Source: Heyndrickxia ginsengihumi (GTDB lineage: Bacteria; Bacillota; Bacilli; Bacillales; Bacillaceae_C). Taken from it: DNA of 32,000 nucleotides. The stretch covers positions 1,300-33,299 of the forward strand of contig NZ_JAAIWK010000003.1 in the NCBI RefSeq assembly GCF_011008565.1, read 5' to 3'. This document shows, piece after piece, positions 1-7,576 of the stretch. Position 1 is the stretch's first letter, and every line of letters begins with the position of its first letter. Made by a program: the position numbers and the translations under genes. The notes under the pieces were generated by a model that did no database searches, was not told the DNA's origin, and saw nothing but the letters and a program-made list of their open reading frames with translations.

Positions 1-32
1 CGATGGACGTATCAATCAAAGGAGGTGCTTTT

Positions 33-371
33 TTATGCCGAAACAAAAGCTAGCCATTGTCTGCGTAACATTACAACCTGAAAATGGAAATGCTTCAGCA
101 ATAACCCCGCCATTGCTTCCTCAATTTCTGCTTGCACAATTAAAACGGCAACCGCAGAGCTTTCCTTTTTCAACGGAGTAGGTGAGCACATCATGCAAAC
201 AGTCATGAGAGAATTGAAAAATCTATGAGACAGGATTACACAAGTGTGAAACATATTTACATTATTGCTGGAGAAGTCTTCCTGTAACTTTCCTCTTTCC
301 TTTGTTAAAAAGTCGGTTCCTAGCACCCATGAATTTGTATCAAGACTTTTCGCTATATGCTTGATAATCAA
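33..371 (-). CDS. hypothetical protein, 112-codon ORF of unknown family (possibly truncated or decayed)
   Basis: Longest open frame in the first 400 nt. TTG start, no Shine-Dalgarno, no motif I recognise. Overlaps the + strand ORF 35-181, so at most one of the two is real. Confidence 0.25.
   Translation of the reverse strand: MIIKHIAKSLDTNSWVLGTDFLTKERGKLQEDFSSNNVNMFHTCVILSHRFFNSLMTVCMMCSPTPLKKESSAVAVLIVQAEIEEAMAGLLLKHFHFQVVMLRRQWLAFVSA
35..181 (+). CDS. small hypothetical ORF (48 aa)
   Basis: Strong SD AAAGGAGGTG (19-28) 6 nt before ATG 35; stop TAG 179-181. Product MPKQKLAIVCVTLQPENGNAS... has no family I can name. Could be the frameshifted 5' end of a longer gene. Confidence 0.25.
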   Translation: MPKQKLAIVCVTLQPENGNASAITPPLLPQFLLAQLKRQPQSFPFSTE

Positions 372-379
372 TAAAACGG

Positions 380-408
380 TTGACAGTAATGGGAACGGTT
401 GTTATATT
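380..408 (+). promoter_or_regulatory. sigma-A-type promoter, TTGACA-17 nt-TATATT
   Basis: TTGACA at 380-385, exact 17-nt spacer, TATATT at 403-408. Points at the decayed VanZ-like 5' fragment and, beyond it, vanR. Confidence 0.5.
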
Positions 409-422
409 CCGAGATATGAGCG

Positions 423-651
423 ATGATGCTCTTAAAGTATGCTAAAAGTTCTTTGTGGCTATTATCAGTGATTTATGTTGTTAGAATTGCCACTATCATT
501 TTTAAACTTATTCAATGTAGCTAAGCAATGAATGTTATATAAAAGGGATTATAGAAGGAGCTAGCATTTCACAAGCTCTTTATACTAAACTATCCAGAAA
601 CGAACGCTAGAGCCTTCATAGCTGATCAATTTAATTCCATTTGTCGCAAAC
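423..651 (+). pseudogene. VanZ-like family gene, 5' fragment, decayed (stops and a frameshift)
   Basis: ATG 423 opens MMLLKYAKSSLWLLSVIYVVRIATIIFKLIQCS*, a hydrophobic N-terminus ending in FKL like VanZ LVLFKL. About 100 nt further, in another frame, LINLIPFVAN (622-651) matches the SLNLIPF motif of the vanZ at 7577. Several in-frame stops lie between. Confidence 0.4.
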
Positions 652-727
652 TAGAGTAGCAACTCTGTGACTCCCTCTTTAACATATGATGCTATTCTTA
701 AAGAAAAGAAATCATCTTCTGTACAAG

Positions 728-751
728 ATAACCGTTAATGGTTATTTTTTT
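728..751 (+). terminator. weak intrinsic terminator-like hairpin upstream of vanR
   Basis: ATAACC (728-733) / GGTTAT (740-745), 6-nt loop, then a T6 run 746-751. The stem is short and AT-rich. Confidence 0.3.
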
Positions 752-838
752 AATGATAAATTGGTTGGTATAGTACCGTATTATTGGAAACGGATTCCGA
801 TTGTGAAAAGTAAATCCATGAAGGAGGATTAATAAATT

Positions 839-1534
839 ATGAGTGATAAAATACTTATTGTGGATGATGAACGTGAAATTGCCGATTTGGTTGAGCTATA
901 CTTAAAAAACGAGAATTATACGGTTTTCAAATACTATACCGCCAAAGAAGCGTTGGAATGTATAGACAAGACTGAGCTTGACCTTGCCATATTGGACATC
1001 ATGCTTCCAGACACAAACGGCCTCACTATCTGCCAAAAAATAAGGGACAAGCACACCTATCCAATTATCATGCTGACCGCGAAAGATACGGAGGTAGATA
1101 AAATTACAGGGCTAACAATCGGCGCGGACGATTATATAACGAAGCCTTTTCGCCCGCTGGAGTTAATTGCGCGGGTTAAGGCACAGTTGCGCCGATATAA
1201 AAAATACAGTGGAGTAACGGAGCAGAACGAAAATGTTATCGTCCACTCCGGCCTTGTTATTAATATAAACACGCATGAGTGTTTTCTGAACGAGAAGCCG
1301 TTGTCCCTTACTCCTACCGAGTTTTCAATTCTGCGCATCCTCTGTGAAAACAGTGGGAAAGTAGTTAGCTCCGAGCAGCTATTTCACGAGATATGGGGCG
1401 ACGAATATTTCAGCAAGAGCAACAACACCATTACCGTGCATATCCGGCATCTGCGCGAAAAAATGAACGACACCATTGATAATCCGAAGTATATAAAAAC
1501 GGTATGGGGGGTTGGATATAAAATTGAAAAATAA
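839..1534 (+). CDS. vanR: VanR, OmpR-family response regulator of the van cluster
   Basis: 231 aa. Receiver domain (DDE...D53 context LAILDIMLPD, K in ITKPF) plus winged-helix C-terminus (TVWGVGYKIEK). Matches my memory of Tn1546 VanR over its whole length. SD AGGAGG at 822-827. Confidence 0.95.
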   Translation: MSDKILIVDDEREIADLVELYLKNENYTVFKYYTAKEALECIDKTELDLAILDIMLPDTNGLTICQKIRDKHTYPIIMLTAKDTEVDKITGLTIGADDYITKPFRPLELIARVKAQLRRYKKYSGVTEQNENVIVHSGLVININTHECFLNEKPLSLTPTEFSILRILCENSGKVVSSEQLFHEIWGDEYFSKSNNTITVHIRHLREKMNDTIDNPKYIKTVWGVGYKIEK

Positions 1535-2672
1535 AAATAAAAAAAACGATTATTCCAAACTAGAACGAAAACTCTACATGTATATCGTTATGATTGTTAT
1601 GGCAGCAGTTGTATTCGTGTTGTATATTCGTTCAATGATCCGAGGGAAACTTGGCGAGTGGATCGTACGTTTTTTGGAAAACCATTATGATTTAGAGTAT
1701 TTAGATGCGATGAGAATATATCAGTATTCCATACGGAACAATTTAGAAATCTTTATTTATGTGGCAATTGCCATTAGTATTCTTATTCTATGCCGCGTCA
1801 TGCTTTCGAAATTTGCAAAATACTTTGATGAGATAAATGCCGGCATTGATGTTCTTATTCAGAACGAAGATAAACAAATTGAGCTTTCTGCGGAAATGGA
1901 CTTTATGGAACATAAGCTCAACACATTAAAACAGACTTTGGAAAAGCGAGAGCAGGATGCAAAGCTGGCCGAACAAAGAAAAAATGACGTAGTTATGTAC
2001 TTGGCGCACGATATTAAAACGCCCCTTACATCTATTATCGGTTATTTGAGCCTGCTTGACGAGGCGCCAGACATGCCGATAGAGCAAAAGGCAAAATATG
2101 TGCATATCACGTTGGACAAAGCTTATCGCCTCGAACAGCTTATCGACGAATTTTTTGAGATTACGCGGTATAACCTCCAAACGATTACGCTCACGAAAAG
2201 GCACATAGACCTATACTATATGTTGGTGCAGATGGCCGATGAATTTTATCCCCAGCTTGCCGCGAATGGAAAACAGGCGGTTATCCATGCTCCTGAGGAT
2301 TTAACCGTATTCGGCGACCCCGATAAGCTGGCGAGAGTCTTTAATAATATTTTGAAAAACGCCGTTGCATACAGCGAGGAAAACAGCGTCATTGATATTA
2401 CGGCAGGCCTCTCCGAGAATATGGTGTCCATCGTATTCAAGAATGCCGGAAGCATCCCAAAAGATAAGCTCGCTGCCATATTTGAAAAGTTTTACAGACT
2501 GGACAATGCCCGTTCTTCCGATACAGGCGGCACGGGACTTGGCTTGGCGATTGCAAAAGAAATCATTATTCAGCATGGCGGGCAGATTCACGCGGAAAGC
2601 AACGATCACTATACGACGTTTACGGTAGAGCTTCCGGTTTTGCCGGATTTGGTTGATAAAAGGGGCTCCTAA
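1512..2672 (+). CDS. vanS: VanS, membrane histidine kinase of the van cluster
   Basis: TTG start overlapping vanR by 23 nt. Two N-terminal TM segments, H-box HDIKTPLTSIIGY, N box NILKNAVAYS, G box DTGGTGLGLAIAKEI. Collinear with Tn1546 VanS as I remember it. Confidence 0.93.
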   Translation: MDIKLKNKNKKNDYSKLERKLYMYIVMIVMAAVVFVLYIRSMIRGKLGEWIVRFLENHYDLEYLDAMRIYQYSIRNNLEIFIYVAIAISILILCRVMLSKFAKYFDEINAGIDVLIQNEDKQIELSAEMDFMEHKLNTLKQTLEKREQDAKLAEQRKNDVVMYLAHDIKTPLTSIIGYLSLLDEAPDMPIEQKAKYVHITLDKAYRLEQLIDEFFEITRYNLQTITLTKRHIDLYYMLVQMADEFYPQLAANGKQAVIHAPEDLTVFGDPDKLARVFNNILKNAVAYSEENSVIDITAGLSENMVSIVFKNAGSIPKDKLAAIFEKFYRLDNARSSDTGGTGLGLAIAKEIIIQHGGQIHAESNDHYTTFTVELPVLPDLVDKRGS

Positions 2673-2685
2673 AAAATGAATATTG

Positions 2686-2730
2686 TTTCTTAGGAAAATC
2701 TCAAGATTATCTTTATTTTTTCTTAGGAAA
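2686..2730 (+). promoter_or_regulatory. two direct TTTCTTAGGAAA boxes (candidate VanR~P binding sites of the vanH promoter)
   Basis: Identical 12-mers at 2686-2697 and 2719-2730, 33 bp apart start to start (about 3 helical turns), in the vanS-vanH spacer. This fits the reported pair of 12-bp VanR recognition elements at the Tn1546 vanH promoter. Confidence 0.55.
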
Positions 2731-2754
2731 TTAACAATTTTATATTAAAAAATG

Positions 2755-2807
2755 GCTCGTTCTTACGCGGTAGACTTAATATCGTAAGAACGAGCTTTTT
2801 CTGTTTT
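2755..2807 (+). terminator. strong intrinsic terminator-like hairpin between vanS and vanH
   Basis: Perfect 13-bp stem GCTCGTTCTTACG (2755-2767) / CGTAAGAACGAGC (2783-2795), 15-nt loop, then TTTTTCTGTTTT. Confidence 0.7.
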
Positions 2808-2893
2808 CCCAGAAAAAGATATGACAAGTTTACCGCGAAGGGCAACCTCATTTTATTTCTTATTGGTGCCTTTCGTAGAAAGGAATGGTCTTA

Positions 2894-3865
2894 ATGATAA
2901 AAAACATCGGCATTACCGTTTATGGATGCGACCAGTATGAGGCAGATGCATTCCATGCCCTTTCGCCGCGCTTTGGCGTTATGCCCTCAATCATTAACGC
3001 CGATGTGTCGGAATCCAATGCCGTATCCGTCCCTTTCAATCGATGTATCAGTGTGGGGCATAAATCAGAGATTTCCGCGTCTATTCTTCTTGCGCTGAAG
3101 AGAGCCGGTGTGAAATATATCTCTACCCGAAGCATTGGTTGTAATCATATAGATATGACTGCCGCCAAGAGAATGGGCATCACTGTCGGCAATGTGGCGT
3201 ATTCGCCGGATAGTGTTGCCGATTATACTATGATGCTTATGCTTATGGCCGTACGTAATGCGAAATCTATTGTACGCTCCGCGGAAAAACATGATTTCAG
3301 GTTGGACAGCTTCCGTGGCAAGGTACTGAGCGACATGACAGTCGGCGTGGTGGGAACGGGACATATAGGCAAAGCGGTTATTGAGCGGCTGCGGGGATTT
3401 GGATGTCAAGTGTTGGCTTATAGTCGCAGCCAAAGTATAGAGGCAAACTATGTTCCGTTTGATGAGTTGTTGCAAAATAGCGATATCGTGACGCTTCATG
3501 TGCCGCTCAATGCGGATACGCACCATATCATTGGCTATGAACAAATAAAGGGAATGAAGCAAGGCGCGTTTATGATCAATACAGGGCGCGGTGCGCTTAT
3601 AGATACCGGTGCGCTTGTTAAAGCATTGGAAGACGGAAAACTGGGCGGTGCCGCATTGGATGTATTGGAGGGAGAGGAAGGGCTTTTCTATTTTGATTGC
3701 ACACAAAAGCCAATTGATAACCAATTTTTACTGAAACTTCAAAGGATGGAGAATGTGATAATTACGCCGCATACGGCTTACTATACCGAACAGGCGTTGC
3801 GTGACACCGTTGAAAAAACAATTAAAAACTGTTTGGATTTTGAAAGGAGCTTGGCACATGGATAA
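2894..3865 (+). CDS. vanH: VanH, D-specific 2-hydroxyacid (pyruvate to D-lactate) dehydrogenase
   Basis: NAD fold GVVGTGHIGKAV; C-terminal ITPHTAYYTEQA. N-terminus MIKNIGITVYGC.. parallels Tn1546 VanH. Start placed at ATG 2894, 9 nt after SD GAAAGGA (2878-2884); the track ATG 2885 abuts the SD. The 3' end overlaps vanA by 8 nt. Confidence 0.93.
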   Translation: MIKNIGITVYGCDQYEADAFHALSPRFGVMPSIINADVSESNAVSVPFNRCISVGHKSEISASILLALKRAGVKYISTRSIGCNHIDMTAAKRMGITVGNVAYSPDSVADYTMMLMLMAVRNAKSIVRSAEKHDFRLDSFRGKVLSDMTVGVVGTGHIGKAVIERLRGFGCQVLAYSRSQSIEANYVPFDELLQNSDIVTLHVPLNADTHHIIGYEQIKGMKQGAFMINTGRGALIDTGALVKALEDGKLGGAALDVLEGEEGLFYFDCTQKPIDNQFLLKLQRMENVIITPHTAYYTEQALRDTVEKTIKNCLDFERSLAHG

Positions 3866-4889
3866 AGTAAAAGTTGCAATTCTGTTTGGCGGTTGCTCGG
3901 AGGAGCATAACGTGTCGGTAAAATCCGCAATAGAGATAGCCGCTAACATTGACAAAGAAAAATACGAGCCGTTATACATTGGAATTACGAAATCAGGTGT
4001 TTGGAAAATGTGCGAAAAACCGTGCGCGGAATGGGAGAACGACAATTGCTGTTCAGCCGTACTTTCGCCGGATAAAAAAATGCACGGTTTGCTTGTTATA
4101 AAGAACCATGAATATGAAATCCACCACGTTGATGTAGCATTTTCGGTTTTGCATGGCAAGTCGGGTGAAGATGGATCAATACAGGGTCTGTTTGAATTGT
4201 CCGGTATCCCCTATGTGGGCAGCGATATTCAAAGCTCCGCAATTTGTATGGACAAAACGTTGGCATATATCATTGCCAAAAACGCTGGTATAGCTACTCC
4301 TGAATTTTGGGTTATTCATAAAGACGATAAGCCGGCGATAGATGAGTTTACTTATCCTGTTTTTGTTAAGCCGGCGCGTTCAGGCTCATCTTATGGCGTG
4401 AAAAAAGTCAATGGTGCAGACGAATTGAACACGGCAATTGAATCGGCGAGACAATATGACAGCAAAATCTTAATTGAGCAGGCTGTTTTCGGCTATGAGG
4501 TCGGTTGTGCAGTATTGGGAAACCGTTCCGAGTTGACTACTGGCGAGGTGGACCAAATCAGGCTGCAGCACGGAATCTTTCGTATTCATCAAGAAGCTGA
4601 GCCAGAAAAAGGCTCTGAAAATGCAGTTATAACGATTCCTGCAGACCTGTCGGCAGAGGAGCAAGAACGGATACGGGAAACGGCAAAAAAAATATATAAG
4701 GCACTCGGCTGCAGAGGTCTAGCCCGTGTTGATATGTTTTTACAAGATAACGGCTGTATTGTGCTTAACGAAGTCAATACCCTGCCCGGTTTCACGTCAT
4801 ACAGTCGTTATCCCCGTATGATGGCAGCTGCAGGTATAACACTTCCCGAACTGATTGACCGTTTAATCTCCTTAGCGTTAAAGGGGTGA
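3858..4889 (+). CDS. vanA: VanA-type D-alanine--D-lactate ligase
   Basis: From ATG 3858 (SD GAAAGGAG 3842-3849, 8-nt spacer). Long runs match remembered VanA: KVAILFGGCSEEH.VSVKSAIEIAANI.KEKYEPLYIGITKSGVWKMCEKPCAEWENDNC, and IFRIHQE.EPEKGSENAVIT (the depsipeptide-ligase loop). C-terminus is PELIDRLI.LALKG. Confidence 0.95.
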   Translation: MDKVKVAILFGGCSEEHNVSVKSAIEIAANIDKEKYEPLYIGITKSGVWKMCEKPCAEWENDNCCSAVLSPDKKMHGLLVIKNHEYEIHHVDVAFSVLHGKSGEDGSIQGLFELSGIPYVGSDIQSSAICMDKTLAYIIAKNAGIATPEFWVIHKDDKPAIDEFTYPVFVKPARSGSSYGVKKVNGADELNTAIESARQYDSKILIEQAVFGYEVGCAVLGNRSELTTGEVDQIRLQHGIFRIHQEAEPEKGSENAVITIPADLSAEEQERIRETAKKIYKALGCRGLARVDMFLQDNGCIVLNEVNTLPGFTSYSRYPRMMAAAGITLPELIDRLISLALKG

Positions 4890-4894
4890 TAAGC

Positions 4895-5503
4895 ATGGAA
4901 AAAGGATTTACTTTTTTAGATGAAATATTACACGGTGTTCGTTGGGACGCCAAATATGCCACATGGGATAATTTTACTGGAAAGCCTGTTGACGGATATG
5001 AAGTAAATCGCATTGTCGGAACATACGAGTTGGCCGACGCGCTTTTGAAGGTAAAAGAACTGGCTGCTGCTCAAGGGTATGGATTGCTTCTGTGGGACGG
5101 TTATCGTCCCCAACGTGCTGTAAACTGCTTTTTGCAATGGGCTGCACAGCCTGAAGACGGCCTGACAAAGGAAAAATATTATCCCAATATTAACCGAACC
5201 GAGATGGTTTCAAAAGGATATGTGGTCTCAAAATCAAGCCATAGCCGCGGAAGCGCAATTGATCTTACGCTTTATCAATTAGACACAGGTGAGCTTGTTC
5301 CAATGGGGAGCGGATTTGATTTTATGGATGAACGCTCTCATCACGCGGCAAAAGGAATTGCAGACAATGAAGCGGAAAATCGCAGACGTTTGCGTTCCAT
5401 CATGGAAAACAGTGGGTTTGAAGCATATAGCTCTGAATGGTGGCACTATGTATTAAGAAACGAACCATACCCCAATAGCTATTTTGATTTCCCTGTTTTA
5501 TAG
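4895..5503 (+). CDS. vanX: VanX, Zn-dependent D-Ala-D-Ala dipeptidase
   Basis: Motifs SSHSRGSAIDLTL, DERSHH and EWWHY. ATG 4895 lies 8 nt after SD AAAGGGG (4880-4886) and 5 nt after the vanA stop. Collinear with Tn1546 VanX. Confidence 0.95.
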   Translation: MEKGFTFLDEILHGVRWDAKYATWDNFTGKPVDGYEVNRIVGTYELADALLKVKELAAAQGYGLLLWDGYRPQRAVNCFLQWAAQPEDGLTKEKYYPNINRTEMVSKGYVVSKSSHSRGSAIDLTLYQLDTGELVPMGSGFDFMDERSHHAAKGIADNEAENRRRLRSIMENSGFEAYSSEWWHYVLRNEPYPNSYFDFPVL

Positions 5504-6050
5504 CGAAAACATCTGATTAGCTAATAAGCCTTATTGTGATCAGGCCTGAGTACTTGCTTTGTTGTGTTTGTGGCGGTTCTTTCAATCGTTAGGGCCGTAC
5601 TGGGGCTAATTTGAGGATATTTTTTCCGGTGTACTGATTAGCGCCAATAAAAGAACATACTCGGTAACAGAACTTATAAAAGGAATTGGTTTATCCAGCC
5701 CTTTTGTCGGCCTTGTGATTTCAACCGTTGTTTTCCGCATAACAACTTATTTCTGCTACTCCTTATACAGACTGTCAGTGAAGGCAAATAAAAAAGTCGT
5801 CATCTGGCAAGTGATTTAACACGCTTTCATTAAGGATATAGGGACATTAAGGTGGCTTTGATACATCAGAGCCGCCAGTTTTTACTTTTAATTATGGAAG
5901 ACGGTGGCAGATAGGAGGCCATGCGCTGTAACTGTTCTGTTCGACAAATAGACCCAGGACCGTTGTCAAAAAAAGCCCGCCTTCGTTTCAGGCCTAGAAC
6001 CAGCAATCGTGACACGAAGCGCAATTTCGAAAACAAATGGTAATAAGTCC

Positions 6051-6143
6051 ATGCTTTTTGCAGGTCAACCAAATATAGAGATTGCAAATGAACAGATCTA
6101 TCAAGGAAATCTACTTTTCATGATTGTCTACCATGAAAATTAA
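6051..6143 (+). pseudogene. remnant of an M15-type VanY D,D-carboxypeptidase (N-terminal region only)
   Basis: Frame 6051-6143 reads ...IEIANEQIYQGNLLFMIVYHEN*. EQIYQGNLLF (6090-6119) closely matches the EEQVYQGNLLLIN stretch I remember just before the catalytic domain of Tn1546 VanY. It sits at about the expected distance downstream of vanX. No catalytic domain follows. Confidence 0.4.
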
Positions 6144-6181
6144 CTTCTCTAAACTGATCAAACCACAGAAAGGTGAATTAG

Positions 6182-7115
6182 ATGACGTACAAAAAATCGC
6201 GAAAACCTAGAAGGAAAAACTCAAAATTTAAAATTTATTCCTTTTTCTCTGTGATTCTTGTTTTTTTTGGTTTTATTATTTTCAATGTCAAAATTACCAT
6301 CATTGGGCAGGTTGCTCCAAAATCCTGATAAGGATATTTCTAATGACAGTCGAATAAATTGGCCCAAGGAGGGACAGGCTGCTTTAATGATAGATGGACA
6401 ATATTATGGTCAGTATGGTAACAGTAAACCTGTCCCCACAGCTAGTTTGGCTAAAATGATGACTGCATTTATAGTTTTAAAGAAATATCCACTTTCCAAG
6501 GGTGAAGACGGACCTTTTTATACAGTCACACAACAAGATGTAGCGATTTATAATGAAGAAGTGAAACAAGGTGACTCGGTTGTCAAAGTGGAGGTTGGTG
6601 AAACGTTGACTGAGAGGCAAATGCTGGAGGCTTTATTGCTGCCATCTGGTGACAATGTGGCTATTATGATAGCGAAATGGGCATACGGGAATGTCCCTCA
6701 ATTTGTCAATCAAATGAACACTGAAGCCAAGCGTTTAGGAATGGATCACACAAATTATGCTGATCCTGCAGGTGTTAGCGAACTAACTGAAAGTACCGCA
6801 GTCGATCAGCTAAAAATCGCTTCAGTTGCAATGTCTTTTTCAGTGTTTAGAGAAATTGTGAACCTACAAAAAGTGACGTTCCCTATTGTCGGTACTATAC
6901 AAAACACCAATTCAGATTTGGGACAAGACGGTATTATAGGTATCAAAACCGGTAATTTAGTCCATATCGGAAATATAGCATTAGCTGCCTATCGATCAGT
7001 TAATCACAAACGAGTTTTAGTAATTGGCGTTGTACTCGGTCAATATGGTCAGAATGTTTATGGTTCTTTAAATGCGGCGCTAATTGCTGGGAAAAATCTG
7101 ATCGAAAGTTTTTAA
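6182..7115 (+). pseudogene. serine-type (peptidase S11 / low-MW PBP) D-alanyl-D-alanine carboxypeptidase, interrupted by a +1 frameshift in a T8 run
   Basis: ORF 6258-7115 has SxxK (ASLAKMMT), SxN (PSGDNV) and KTG (GIKTGN) but no signal peptide or SD. ATG 6182 (SD GAAAGGTGA 6168-6176) opens MTYKKSRKPRRKNSKFKIYSFFSVILVFF..., a basic membrane anchor, in the -1 frame and stops at 6326-6328. The frames can only join between 6255 and 6326, where T8 sits at 6261-6268. Confidence 0.65.
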
Positions 7116-7576
7116 AGCAATATCAGCCATATTCAAATCACTTGTAAATCCAAAATAAATCATTTGTTAATTAAAATAGGATATTGTTTGGATAAGTGAA
7201 CGATTAAAAATTGCCAGCTGAACGATCAATAAGGCATAGTGTAATGGGAGTCGGTAAGCCCATTTTATAATAAAAAATAAGAAGGGGTTGGATTTCATTT
7301 AAAGGAGAAGAAGACGTTCATTTCAGTATGAATGAAATTGGTTATTTTAAAAAACATTAGCTTCCGGACAACAGGGTTGCTGAATAAAAATGGGAAGTCA
7401 TCATTAAAAGAACAATGATGCCGCGATGTGACATTCCACTTATTAGCCTATTAACTAGTGGTCTTGCATTTTTTCAGTGAAATTAATAAGCGAAGTCAAT
7501 GGATTGAACACCTTGATTAACCATTGTTTAAACTTATATAGAAGCTTAAAACTAAAAAAGAATTAGAGGAGATTAT

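Noticed and set aside
694-706. ATTCTTAAAGAAA upstream of vanR as a single VanR box for the vanR promoter.
   Set aside because: Only the TTCTTA core and the A-rich tail match the vanH-promoter boxes, and I could not identify a convincing -10/-35 at the right distance. It is mentioned in a finding but not called as a feature.
3065-3724. 219-aa ORF antisense to vanH. Similar long antisense or out-of-frame ORFs occur at 1926-2204, 2301-2609, 3728-4159, 16570-16917, 20726-21076, 24046-24372, 25429-25776, 26056-26361, 28225-28500 and 28840-29106.
   Set aside because: Each lies entirely within a well-supported gene on the other strand or frame. None has an SD or family motifs, and all have odd composition (Arg/Ser/Cys-rich). 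These are typical shadow ORFs, especially in the higher-GC van genes.
3801-3857. N-terminal extensions implied by the longest-ORF starts: vanA 3801, vanH 2885, vanX 4886, cutC 10021, GT2 21654, GT39 22892, TetR 26900, MerR 28036.
   Set aside because: In each case a downstream start has a properly spaced Shine-Dalgarno. The extension either overlaps the SD or -10 element, or adds residues absent from the family N-terminus.
5610-5819. 69-codon open frame with a hydrophobic stretch (..GIGLSSPFVGLVISTVVFRITTYF..) in the vanX-vanY spacer. Also the antisense 73-aa ORF at 5866-6087.
   Set aside because: The first has no ATG or TTG start; its only GTG would give 34 aa. The second is antisense to the VanY remnant region. 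Together they look like decayed spacer rather than genes.
7380-7500. Possible C-terminal VanY remnant upstream of vanZ (NKNGKSS.. and ISEVNGLNTLI versus VanY VNGEKYEIF and EISGNNIDGVIV).
   Set aside because: Only 3-5 scattered identities, in two different frames, at a distance from vanZ that is about 115 nt shorter than in Tn1546. This is too weak to call without a frameshift-aware alignment.
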